A stretch of 64,000 nt of DNA, from contig JASTWF010000034.1 in NCBI GenBank assembly GCA_030390025.1, positions 5,022,001-5,086,000 on the forward strand, given 5' to 3'. Shown here in pieces: positions 12,114 through 23,812 of this stretch; positions within the stretch are counted from its first letter, which is position 1; each line of letters opens with the position of its first letter. Below the pieces are notes generated by a model that saw only the letters and a program-made list of their open reading frames with translations, was not told the origin of the DNA and ran no database searches. This DNA is from Squalus acanthias. Its lineage: Eukaryota. The position numbers and the translations under genes are program-made.

Positions 12114-15100
12114 ACAGTGTGTGTGAGAGTATGAAGTAGCTCCTAGTTTCTGATCTCACAGTGTGTATGTGGGTGTCTGAATGAGCTCCTGATCACTGAT
12201 CTAACACTGAGCGCGTAGGAGTCTGAATGAGCCCCTGGTCTCTGATTTAACAGTGTGTGTGTGTGGGAGACTGAATGGGCTCCTGGTCTCTGATCCAACA
12301 GTGTGTGCTGGGAAGTCTGAATGAGCTCCTGGTCTCTGATCTAACAGTGTGTGTGCGGGAGTCAGAATGAGATCATGGCCTCTGATCTAACAGTGTGTGT
12401 GTGGGAGGCAGAATGAGCTTCTGGTCTCTGATCTAACAGTGAGTGTGTGGGAGTCTGTTTGGGTTCCTGGTCCCTAATCTAACAGTATGTGTGTGGGAGT
12501 CTGACTGGGCTCCTGGTCTCTGATCTAACAGTGTGTGTATGGCAGTCTGAATTGGCACCGGGTATCTGATCTAACAGTGTGTGTGTCGGAGTCTGAATGG
12601 ACTCCTGGTCTCTGATTTAACAGTGTGTGTGTGGCGATCTGAATGGGCTCCTGATCTCTGATCTAACAGTGTGTGTGTCGGAGTCTGAATGGACTCCTGG
12701 TCTCTGATCTAACAGTGTGTGTGTCGGAGTCTGAATGGACTCCTGGTCTCTGATTTAACAGTGTGTGTGTGGCGATCTGAATGGGCTCCTGATCTCTGAT
12801 CTAACAGTGTGTGTGTCGGAGTCTGAATGGACTCCTGGTCTCTGATCTAACAGTGTGTGTGTCGGATTCTGAAAGGTCTCCTGGTCTCTGATTTAACAAT
12901 GTGTGTGTGGGAGTCTGAATGGGCTCCTGGCCTCTGATCTTTCAGTTTGTGTGTGGGACTCTGAATGTCCCCCTGATCTCTGATCTAACAGTGTGTTTGT
13001 GGGAGTCTGAATGAGATGCTTGTCTCTGATCCAAAAGTATATTTTTGGTAGTCTGAATGCGCTCCTGGTCTCTGATGGAACAGAGTGTGTGTGAGAGTAT
13101 GAATGAGCTCCTAGTCTCTGATCTAACAGTGTATGTGTGGTTCTCTGAATGGGCTCCTAGTCTCTGATCTTAAAGTGTGTGCGGGAGTCTGAATGAGCTC
13201 CTGGTCTCTGATCTTACAGTTTGTGTGTGGATGTCTGAATGGGCTCCTGGTCTCTGATCTAACAGTGTGTGTGCGGGAGTCTGAATGAGCTCCTGGTCTC
13301 TGATCTTACAGTTTGTGTGTGGGTGTCTGAATGGGCTCCTGGTCTCTGATCCAACAGTGTGTGTGTGGCAGTCTGAATGGTCTCCTGGTCTCTGATCTAA
13401 CAGTGTATGTGTGGAAATCTGAATGGGCTCCTGGTCTCTGATCTTTCATTGTGTGTGTGGGAGTCTGAATGGGCTCCTGGTCTCTAATCTAACAGTGTGT
13501 GTGGGAGTCTGAATTAACTACTGGTCTCTGATCCAAGACTATATGTGTGGGAGTCTGAATGAGTTCCTGTTCTCTGATCTAACAGTGTGTGTGTGTGAAT
13601 CTCAATGCACTTCTGGTCTCTGATCGAACAGAGTGTGTGTGGGAGTCTGAAGGAGCTCCTGGTCTCTGATCTAACAGCGTGTGGCGGAGTCCGAATGGAG
13701 CTCCTGGTCTCTGATCTAACAGTCTCTGTGTGGGAGGATGAATGAACTCCTGGTCTCTGATCATACAGTGCGTTTGTCGGAGTCTGAATGGGCTCCTGGT
13801 CTCTGATCTAACAGTGTGTGCTTGGGAGTCTGTATGGGCTCCTGGTCTCTGATCTAACAGTGCGTTTGTCGGAGTCTGAATGGGCTCCTGGTCTCTGATC
13901 TAACAGTGTGTGCTTGGGAGTCTGTATGGGCTCCTGGTCTCTGATCTAACAGTGTGTTTGTGGGAGTCTGATTGAGCTCCTGGTCTCTCATCTAACAGTG
14001 TGTGTGTGGGAGTCTGAATGAGCTCCTGGTCTCTGATCAAACAGTGCGTTTGTCGGAGTCTGAATGGGCTCCTGGTCTCTGATCTAACAGTGTGTGTGTG
14101 GGAGTCTGTATGGGCTCCTTGTCTCTGATCTAGCAGTGTGTTTGTGGGAGTCTGATTGAGCTCCTGGTCTCTGATCTAACAGTGTGTGTGTGGAAGTCTG
14201 AATGGGCTCCTGGTCTCTGATCTAAAATTCTACGTGTGGAAGTCTGAATGGGCTCCTTGTCTCTTATCAAACAGTTTGTATGTGTGAGTCTGATTGGAAT
14301 CCTGGTCTCTGAACTAGGAGTGAGTGTGTGGGAATCTGAGTGGGCTTCTGGTCTCTGAATGAACATTGTGTGTATAGGAGTCTGAATGGGCTCCTGCTCT
14401 CTGATTTAACAGTGTGTGTGTGGAAGTCTGAATGGGCTCCTGGTCTCTGATCTAATATTGTATGCGTTGGAGTAAGAATTGGCTCCTGGTCTCTGATCTA
14501 ACAGTGTGTTTGTGGGAGTCTGAATAGGCTTCTGGTCTCTGGTCTAACATTGTATGTGTGCGTGTCTGAATGGGCTCCTGGTCTCTGAGCTAACAGTGTG
14601 TGTGTGGAAATCTGAATGGGCTCCTGGTCTCTGATCTTTCAGTGTGTGTGTGGGAGTCTGAATGGCCCCCTGTTATCTGATAAAACAGTGGGTGTGTTGG
14701 AGTCTGATTGGGCTCCTGGTCTCTAATCTAACAGTGTGTGTGGGAGTCCGAATGGGTTCCTGGTCTCTGATTTAACAGTATGTGTATGGGAGTCTGAATG
14801 GTCTCCTTGTCTCTGATCCAGCAGAGTCTGTGTGGGAGTATAAATGAGCTCCTGGTCTCTGATCATACAGTGTGTGTGTGGGAATCTGAATGAGTTTCTG
14901 GTCTCAGATCTAACAGTGTGAGTGTGGGAGCCTGAATGAGTTTCTGGTCTCTGATCTAACAGTGTGTGTGTGGGAGTCTGAATGAGCTCCTGGTCTCTGA
15001 TCTAACAGTGTGTGTGTGGGAGTCTGATTGGGCTCCTGGTCTCTGAAATAACAGTGTGTGTGTGGGAGTCCGAATTGTCTCCTGGTCTCTGATCTAACAG

Positions 15101-18100
15101 TTCCGTGTGTGGGAGTTTGAATGGGCTCCTGGTCTCTGATCAAACAGTGTGTGTGTGGCCGTCTGAATGGGCTCCTGGTCTTTGACCTAACAGTGTGTGT
15201 GTAGGAGTCTAAATGGGCTCCCGGTCTATGATCTAACAGGATGTGTGTGGGAATGTGAATGGGCTCCTGGTTCTGATCTATCAGTGATGTGTGGGTTTCT
15301 GAATGGGCTCCTGGTCTATGATCTAACAGTGTGTGTGTGGGAGACTGAATGGGCTCCTGGTCTCTGATCTTTCAGTGTGTTTGCGGGAGTCTGAATGGCC
15401 GGCTGATCTGTGATAAAACAGTGTGTGTGTTGGAGACTGAATGGACTCTTGATCTCTGATCCAACAGTTTGTGTGTGTGGGAGTCTGTATGGGCTCCTGG
15501 TCTCTGATCTAATAGTATGTGTGTGGGAGTATGTGAGTGCCCCTTGTCTGTGAACTAACAGTGTGTGTGTGTGTGAGTCTGATTGGGCTCCTGGTCTTTG
15601 ATCTAACAGTGCGTCTGTCAGAGTCTGAATGTGGTCCTGGTCTCTGATCTAACAGTGTGTGTGTGGGAGTCTGAATGGGCTACTTGTATCTGATCAAACA
15701 TTGTGTGTGTGGCAGTCTGAATGGGCTCCTTGTCTCTGATCAAACAGTGTGTGTGCAGGAGTCTGAATTGGCTCCTGGTCACTGATCAAAAGTGTGTTTG
15801 TGGAAGTCTGAATGGGCTCCTGCTCTCTGATCGACCAGTGTGTTTGTGGGAGTCTGAATAGGCTCCTGGTCTCTGATCTGACATTGTATGTGTGGGTGTC
15901 TGAATGGGCTCCTGGTCTCTGATCTAACAGTGTCTGTGTGGGAGTATGAATGAATTTCTGGTCTCTGATCATACAGTGTGTGTGTAGGAGTCTGAATGGG
16001 CTCCTGGTCTATGATCTAACAGTGTGTGTGTGGGAAGCAGTATGGGCTTCTGGTCTCTGATCAAACAGTGTTGTGTGGGAGTCTGAATGAGCTGCTGGTC
16101 TCTGATCTAACAGTGTGTTTGTGGGCGTCTGTATGGGCTCCTGGTCTCTGAAATAACAGTGTGTGTGTGGGAGTCTGAATTGTCTCCTGGTCTCTGATCA
16201 AACAGTGTGTGTGTGGCAGTATGAATGGGCTTCTGGTCTCTGATCTAACAGTGATTTTTGGAAGTCTGAATGGGTTCCTATCTATGATCTAACTGTGTGT
16301 GTGTGGGAGACAGAATGGGCTCCTGGTCTCTGATCTTTCAGTGTGTGTGTGTGTGAGTCTGAATGGCCCCCTGATCTGTGATAAAAAAGTGTGCGTGTTG
16401 GAATCTGAATGGACGCCTGATCTCTAATCCAACAGTGTGTGTGGGAGTCTGAATGGGCTACTGGTCTCTAATGCAGCAGTTTCTGTGTGGGAGTCTGAAT
16501 GAGCTCCTGGTCCCTGATATAACAGCGTGTGTGTGGGAGACTGAATGTGATCCTCGTCTCTGATATAACATTTCCGTGTGTCTGTGTCTGAATGGGCTTA
16601 TTGTCTCTAATCTAACAGTGTGAGCGTGGGAGTCTGAATGGGCTCCTGGTCTCTGATCTAACAGTGTGTGTATGGGAGTCTGAATGGGCTCCTGATCTCT
16701 GATCTGACAGTGTGTGTGTGTGGGAGTCTGAATGAGCTCCTGGTTTCTGATCTCCAAGTGTGTGTGTGGGAGTCTAAATCAGCTCCTCTTCTCTGATCTA
16801 ACAGTGTGTTTGTGGGAGTCTGAATCGGCTCCTGGTCTCTGAATGAACATTGTGTGTATGGGAGTCTGAATGGGCTCCATGTTACTGATCAAACGGTGTG
16901 TGTGTGGGTGTCGGAATGGGCTCCTGGTCTCTGATCTAACAGTGTGTGTGTGGGAGTCTTAATGGGCTCCTGGGATGTGATCAAACACTGTGTGTGTAGG
17001 AGTTTGAATGGGCTCCTGGTATCTGTTCTAACAGTGTGTTTGTGGGACTCTGAATGGGCTCCTGGTCTCTGATCTAACAGTGTGTGTGTGGGAGTCTGAA
17101 TGAGCTATTGGTCTCTGATCTAACATTGTGTGTGTAGGAGTTTGAATGGACTCCTGGTTTCTGATCTAACAGTGTGTGTGTGGGCGTCTAAATGGGCTGT
17201 TGGTCTCTGATCAAACATTGTGTGTATTGGTGTCAGAAAGGTCTCCTGGTCCCTGATTTAACAGCGTGTGTGTGGAAGTTTGAATCTGCTCCTGGTCTCT
17301 AATCTAACAGTGTCTGTGTTGGGGTCTGAATGAGCTCCTGTTCACTGAAATAACAGTGTGTGTGCAGGAGTCCGAATAGGCTCCTGGTCTCTGATCTAAC
17401 AGTGTGTGTGTGGGAGTCTGAATGTGCTCCTGGTCTCTGATCTAACAGTGTATGTGTTGGAGTCTGAATGAACTCCTGGCAACTGAAATAGCAGTGTGTG
17501 TGTGGGAGTCTGAATGGGCTCCTGATCTCTGATCTAACAGTGTGTGTGTAGGAGTCCGAATGGGCTCCTGGTCTCTGATCTAACAGTGTGTGTGTGGGAG
17601 TCTGAATGGGCTGCTGGTCTCTGTTCTAACAGTGTGTTTGTGGGAGTCTGAATGGGCCCCTGATCTCTGATCTAACAGTGTGTGTGTGGGAGTCTGAATG
17701 AGCACCTGGTCTCTGTTCTAACATTGTGTTTGTGGGAGTCTGATTGAGCTCCTGGTCTCTGATCAAACATTGTGTGTGTGGGTGTCAGAAAGGGCTCCTG
17801 GTCCCTGATTTAACATTGTGTGTGTGGAAGTCTGAATGAGCTCCTGGTCTCTGATCCATCAGTGTGTGTTTCGGAGTCTGAATGGGCTTCTGGTCTCTGA
17901 TGATATAATGTGTGTGTGGGAGTCTGAATGGGCTCCTGGTCTCTGATCGAACAGTGTGTGTGTAGGAGTCCGAATGGGCTCCTGGTCTCTGATCTAACAG
18001 TGTGTGTGTGGGAGTTTCAATGGACTCCTGGTCTCTCGTCTAACATTGTCTGTGTGGGAGTCTGAATGGGCTCCTGGTCTCTGATCTAACAGTGTGAGTG

Positions 18101-21100
18101 TGGGAGTGTGAATGGGCTCCTGGTCTCTGATCTAACAGTGTGAGTGTGGGAGTCTGAATGGGCTCCTGGTCTCTGATCTAACAGTATGTGTGTAGGAGTC
18201 CGAATGGGCTCCTTGTCTCTGATCTAACAGTGTGTGTGTGGTAGTCTGAATCAGCGCCTGGTCTCTGTTCTAACAGTGTGTTTGTGGGAGTCTGAATGGG
18301 CACCTGGTCTCTTATCTAACAGTGTGTGTGTGTGGGAGTCTGAATGGGCTATTGGTCTCTGATCTAACATTGTGTGTGTGGGAGTTTGAATGGACTCCTG
18401 GTTTCTGATCTTACAGTGTGTGTGCGGGAGTCTGAATGAGCACCTGGTCTCTGTTCTAACAGTGTGTTTGTGGGAGTCTGAATGGGCTATTGGTCTCTGA
18501 TCTAACAGTGTGTGTGTAGGAGTCCGAATGGGCTCCTGGTCTCTGATCTAACAGTGTGAGTGTGGGAGTCTGAATGGACTCCTCGTCTCAGATCTAACAG
18601 TGTGAGTGTGGGAGTCTGAATGGACTCCTCGTCTCAGATCTAACAGTGTGTGTGTCGGATTCTGAATGAGCTCCTGATCTCCAATCGGACAGTGTGTGTT
18701 GGAGTCTGAATTAGCTACTGGTCTCTAATCTAACAGTGTGTTTGTGGGAGTCTGAATGAGTACCTGGTCTCTGCTCCAATTGTATATGAGTGGTAGTCTG
18801 AATGCGCTCCTGGTCTCTGATCTAACAGTGTGTGTGTGGGAGACTGAATGAGCTCCTGGTCTCTGATCTAACAGTTTGTTTGTGGGAGTCTGAAAGAGCT
18901 CCTGGTCTCTGATCTAACAGTTTGTGTGTGGGTGTCTGAATGGGCTCCTGATCTCTGATCAAAGAGTGTGTGTGTGGCAGTCTGAATGGTCTCCTGATCT
19001 CTGATCTGACAATGTGTGTGTGGGAATCTGAATTGGCTCCTGGTCTCTGATCTTTCAGTGTGTGTGTGGGAGTCTGAATGGGCTCCTGGTCTCAGATATA
19101 ACAGTGTGTTTGTGGGAGTCTGAATGTGCTCCTGCTCTCTGATCTAACAGTGTGTGTGTGGGAGTCTGTATGTGCTCCTGGTCTCTGATCTAACATTGTC
19201 TGTGTGGGAGTTTGAATGGACTCCTGGTTTCTGATCTAACAGTGTGTGTGTGGGCGTCTAACTGTGCTATTAGTCTCTGATCAAACATTGTGTGTGTGGG
19301 TGTAAGAATGGGCTCCTGGTCTCATATCTAACAGTGTATGTGTTGGAGTCTGAATGAGCTCCTGGTCACTGAAATAACAGTGTGTGTGTAGGAGTCCGAA
19401 TGGGCTCCTGGTCTCTGATCTAACAGTGTGTGTGTTGGTGTCTGAATGGGCTCCTGGACTCTGATTTAACAGTGTGTGTGTGGGAGTATGAATGGGCTCC
19501 TGGTCTCTGATCATACAGTGTGTGTGTGGGGGTCTGAATAGGCTCCTGGTCTCTGATCTAACAGTGTGTGTGTGGGAGTCTGAATGGGCTCCTGGTCTCT
19601 GATCTAACAGTGTGTGTGTAGGAGTCCGAATGGGCTCCTGGTCTCTGATCTAACAGTGTGTGTGTAGGAGTCCGAATGGGCTCCTTGTCCATGATCATAC
19701 AGTGTGAGTGTTGGAGTCTGAATGGGCTCCTGGTCTCTGGTCTATCACTGTGTTTCTCGGAGTCTGAATGAGCTCCTGTTCTCTGATCTAACAGTGTGTG
19801 TTTTGGAGTCTAAATGAGCCCCTGTTCTCTGATCTAACAGTGTATGTGAGGTAGTCTGAATGGGCTTCCGGTCTTTGATCTAACAGTGTTTGTGCGGCAG
19901 TCTGAATTAGTTTTTGGTCTCTGATCTAACATTGTGTTTGTGGGAGTCTGAATGGGCTCCTGGTCTCTGATCAAACAGTGGGTGTGGCAGTCTGAATGGG
20001 CTCCTGGTCTCTGATCTAACAGTGTGTGTGTGGGAATCTGAATCGGCTCCTGGTTTCTGATCTAACATTGTATGTGTTGGAGCCTGAATGAGCTCCTGGT
20101 CATTGAAATAACACTGTGTGTGTAGGAGTCCGAATGGGCTCCTGGTCTCTGATCTAACAGTGTGTGTGTGTTGGAGTTTGAGTGGACTCATGGTTTCAGA
20201 TCTAACAGTGTGTGTCTGGGAGTCTGAATGGGCTATTGGTCTCTGATCTAACATTGTGTATGTGGGAGTTTGAATGGACTCCTGGTTTCTGATCTAACAG
20301 TGTGTGTGTGGGTTCTAAATGGGCTATTGGTCTCTGATCAAACTTTGTGTGTGTGGGTGTCAGAAAGGTCTCCTGGTCCCTGATTTCACAGCGTGTGTGT
20401 GGAAGTTTGAATCGGCTCCGGGTCTCTAATCTAACAGTGTCTGTGTTGGGGTCTGAATGAGCTCCTGATCACTGAAATAACAGTGTGTGTGCAGGATTCC
20501 GAATAGGCTCCTGGTCTCTGATCTAACAGTGTGTATGTGGGAGTCTGAATGTGCTCCTGGTCTCTGATCTAACAATGTATGTGTTGGAGTCTGAATGAGC
20601 TCCTGGTAACTGAAATAACAGTGTGTGTGTGGGAGTCTGAATGGGCTCCTGGTCTCTGAGCTAACAGTGTGTGAATAGGAGTCCGACTGGGCTCCTGGTC
20701 ACTGAAATAGCAGTGTGTGCGTAGGAGTCCGAATGGGCTCCTGGTCTCTGATCTAACATTGTGTGTGTGCGAGTCTGAATGGGCTCCTGGTCTCTGATTA
20801 TACAGTGTGTGTGTGGGAATCTGAATGGGCTCCTGGTCTCTGATCGAACAGTGTGTGTGTGGGAGTCTGAATGAGCCCCTGGTCTCTGATTTAACAATAT
20901 GTGTGCGGGAGACTGAATGAGCCCCTGGTCTCTGATCTAACAGTGTGTGTGTGGATGTCTGAATCTGCTCCTAGTCTCTGTATAACAGTTCCGTGTGTGG
21001 GTGTCTGAATGGGCTCATTATCTCTGAACTAACAGTGAGTGTGTGGGTGTCTGAATGGGCTCATTATCTCTGAACTAACAGTGAGTGTGTGGTAGTCTGA

Positions 21101-21141
21101 ATGGGCTCCTTGTCTCTGATCTAACAGTGTGTTTGTGGGAA
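12114..21141. repeat. Satellite array B, left of the LINE: tandem 46-bp monomer, about 196 copies
   Basis: The consensus GGGAGTCTGAATGGGCTCCTGGTCTCTGATCTAACAGTGTGTGTGT recurs about every 46 nt. Length variation is mostly +/-2 nt in the (GT)n tract. Confidence 0.98.
21138..21141 (+). other. Left copy of an apparent 4-bp target-site duplication GGAA (right copy at 23911-23914)
   Basis: GGAA lies at both junctions. Removing the element and one copy restores GGGAATCTGA, a common monomer variant. The call is ambiguous because the AA may be element-derived (AAC codon) and G23911 continues the tail. Confidence 0.55.
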
Positions 21142-23812
21142 CATACAGGGGTATTCAGTATTTAGGAAGGATCGACAAAAAAGAAAGGGAGGAGGGGTAG
21201 CATTGCTGGTAAAAGAGGGGATAAATGCAATTGAAAGGAAGGATATTAACTCAGTTAATACAGAATCTATATGGGTGGAGCTAAGAAATAGCGAGGGGCG
21301 AAAAACATTAATAGGAGTGGTATATAGGCCTCCAAATAGTAAAATAGAGGTTGGGGAGGGCATCACGAGGGAAATTAGAGAAGCGTGCAATAAGAGCACA
21401 GCTGTCATCATAGGTGACTTTAACTTACATATAGATTGGACTAGCCTAATCAGTAAAAATAATGAGGAGGAGGAATTCCTTGAGTGTTTAAGGGATGGTT
21501 ATCTGGATCAATATGTCGAGGAACCAACTCGGGAACAGGCTATATTGGACTGGGTACTGTGCAATGAGAAGGGACTAATTAGTAATCTTGTTGTACGGGG
21601 ACCCTTGGGTCAGAGCGATCATAACATGATCGATTTCTCACTCGAAATGGAGAGCGAAGAAATTGACTCAGAGACTCAGGTCCTGAATTTAAACAAGGGG
21701 AATTATGATGCCATTAGACGGGAACTGAGTAGGTCTGATTGGACAACGTTCCTGGGAGGACTGGAGGTAGATAAACAATGGCAAGCATTTAAAGATAGAA
21801 TGACAAAATTGCAAAAATTGTTTATACCAATCTGGCATAAAAGGAAATCTAAAAAGGTGACTCAACCGTGGATAACAGGGGAAATTAGAGACAGCATAAA
21901 ATCCAAAGATAGGGCGTATAAAATAGCCAAAAAACGCGCCAGAGCGGAAGATTGGGAACAGTTTAAGATAGAGCAAAGGAGGGCAAAGGGCTTAATCAAG
22001 AAGGGCAAAATAGCTTACGAAAGCAAGCTGGCGGAAAATATAAAAACTAACTCCAAAAGCTTTTATAAGTATATCAAGAGGAAAAGACTGGTGAAAACCA
22101 AAGTTGGTCCATTGCAGTCAGATACGGGGGAATATATAATGGGAAATAAGGAAATGGCAGACCAACTAAATGCATACTTTGGGTCAGTCTTTACGAAGGA
22201 AGACACAAAAAACCTCCCTGGGATATCGGGAAAAATAGGGACATTGGCAAAGGAGGAACTGACGCAAATCAATATCTCTAAGGATATGGTGTTAAGGAAG
22301 CTAAAGGGATTGAAGGCGGACAAATCCCCAGGGCCTGATAACATGCATCCTAGGGTACTGAAGGAGGTGGCCCTAGAGATAGCGGATGCACTAAGCATGA
22401 TTTTTCAGAATTCATTAGACTCGGGAACAGTGCCCATGGATTGGAGGGTAGCTAACGTTACCCCACTATTCAAAAAGGGGGGTAGGGAAAAAGCAGGTAA
22501 TTACAGACCTGTAAGCCTTACATCAGTTGTGGGCAAAATGCTGGAGTCCATCATTAAGGATGAAATAGCCGAGCACTTAGCAAATGGGGACAGGATAGGA
22601 CAGAGTCAACATGGATTTACAAAGGGTAAATCGTGCTTGACTAATCTATTGGAATTTTTTGAGGGAGTAACTGGTAAAATAGATGGGGGAGAGCCAGTAG
22701 ATGTGGTGTACCTGGACTTCCAAAAGGCCTTCGATAAGGTCCCACATAAAAGATTAGCATGGAAAATTGAAGCTCATGGGATAAAGGGGAAAGTATTGAC
22801 GTGGATAGAGAACTGGCTGTCAGATAGAAAACAGAGAGTTGGAATAAACGGCTCATTTTCTGAATGGCAGGCAGTAACAAGTGGGGTACCACAGGGATCT
22901 GTCCTGGGTCCCCAGCTGTTCACAATTTATATTAATGACCTGGATCAGGGAGTCGAATGCAGCATTTCCAAATTTGCAGACGACACTAAACTAGGAGGGG
23001 GGGTGGGCTCAGAGGAGGAGACCAGGAAGCTCCAGAGCGATTTGGACAGACTGGGTGATTGGGCGGATAAATGGCAGATGCACTATAATGTGGACAAGTG
23101 CGAAGTTATCCACCTTGGGTGCAGGAACGGGAGGGCAAATTATTATTTAAATGGCAATAAATTGGGAGAGGGGGAAGTACAGAGAGACCTGGGTGTTCTT
23201 GTACACCAGTCACTGAAGGCGAGCATGCAGGTGCAACAGGCGGTCAAGAAGGCAAACGGTATGCTGGCCTTCATAGCAAAAGGGTTGGAATACAGGAACA
23301 GGGATAGCTTGCTGCAGCTGTACAGGGCACTGGTGAGACCACCCCTCGAGTACTGTGTACAGTTTTGGTCGCCTCATCTGAGGAAAGATGTTCTTGCCAT
23401 GGAGGGGGTGCAGCGGCGATTCACCAGGCTGATACCAGGAATGGCGGGATTGACCTATGAGGAGAGACTATGTAGTTTAGGGATGTACACACTGGAGTTT
23501 AGAAGATTGAGAGGGGACCTCATAGAAGTGTATAAAATTCTGACAGGTCTAGACAGATTAGATGCAGAAGGAATGTTTCCCTTGGCGGGTGAGAACAGAA
23601 CTAGAGGACATAATTTAAGGATAAGGGCTAAACCATTTAGGACAGAAATGAGGGGGAATTTCTTCACTCAGAGAGTGGTGAACCTGTGGAACTCATTGCC
23701 ACAGAGGGCAGTGTACGCCAGCTCATTAAATATATTTAAGAGGGAATTAGATATATTTCTACAGGCAAAAGGGGTTAAGGGTTACGGAGAGAAGGCGGGG
23801 ACGGGATACTGA
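21140..23812 (+). pseudogene. CR1 ORF2 (endonuclease-reverse transcriptase), N-terminally truncated but free of stops and frameshifts
   Basis: The frame is open from the junction (NIQGYSVFRKDRQKRKGGGVALLVK) to TGA at 23810-23812, about 890 aa. The track's start at 21203 is an internal TTG. EN motifs: YRPP, GDFN (21413-21424), ILDW, SDH (21614-21622). RT motifs: KSPGPD, NYRPVSLTS, QHGF, YLDFQKAFDKVPH, GVPQGSVLGP, FADD (22973-22984). The C-terminus is CR1-type (RRLRGDLIEVYK, FFTQRVVNLWNSLP). Confidence 0.95.

Larger units (their letters stand above)
1..12115. repeat. Satellite array A: tandem 42-bp monomer, about 288 copies, continuing past the left edge of the window
   Basis: The consensus TTGACCAGTCCCCGGGGTGTGTCCGATCATGGACTCGGGCGT recurs every 42 nt. 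The ORF track shows the matching 14-aa period (HGLGRLTSPRGVSD on +, HTPGTGQTPESMIG on -). The consensus has 27/42 GC and 4 CpG. All monomers are in one orientation. Confidence 0.98.

Noticed and set aside
1..12115. CENP-B box (ACTCGGG matches the A-NN-CGGG half)
   Set aside because: The required TTCG at the correct spacing is absent; GATC occupies that position.
21121..23667. Short antisense ORFs within the LINE (70-111 aa)
   Set aside because: They are shadows of ORF2 on the opposite strand with no recognisable motifs.
21203..23812. Domesticated host gene or complete autonomous LINE
   Set aside because: The annotated start is an internal TTG and the frame runs to the insertion junction. 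ORF1, the 5' UTR and the N-terminal EN motifs are missing, which fits ordinary 5' truncation.
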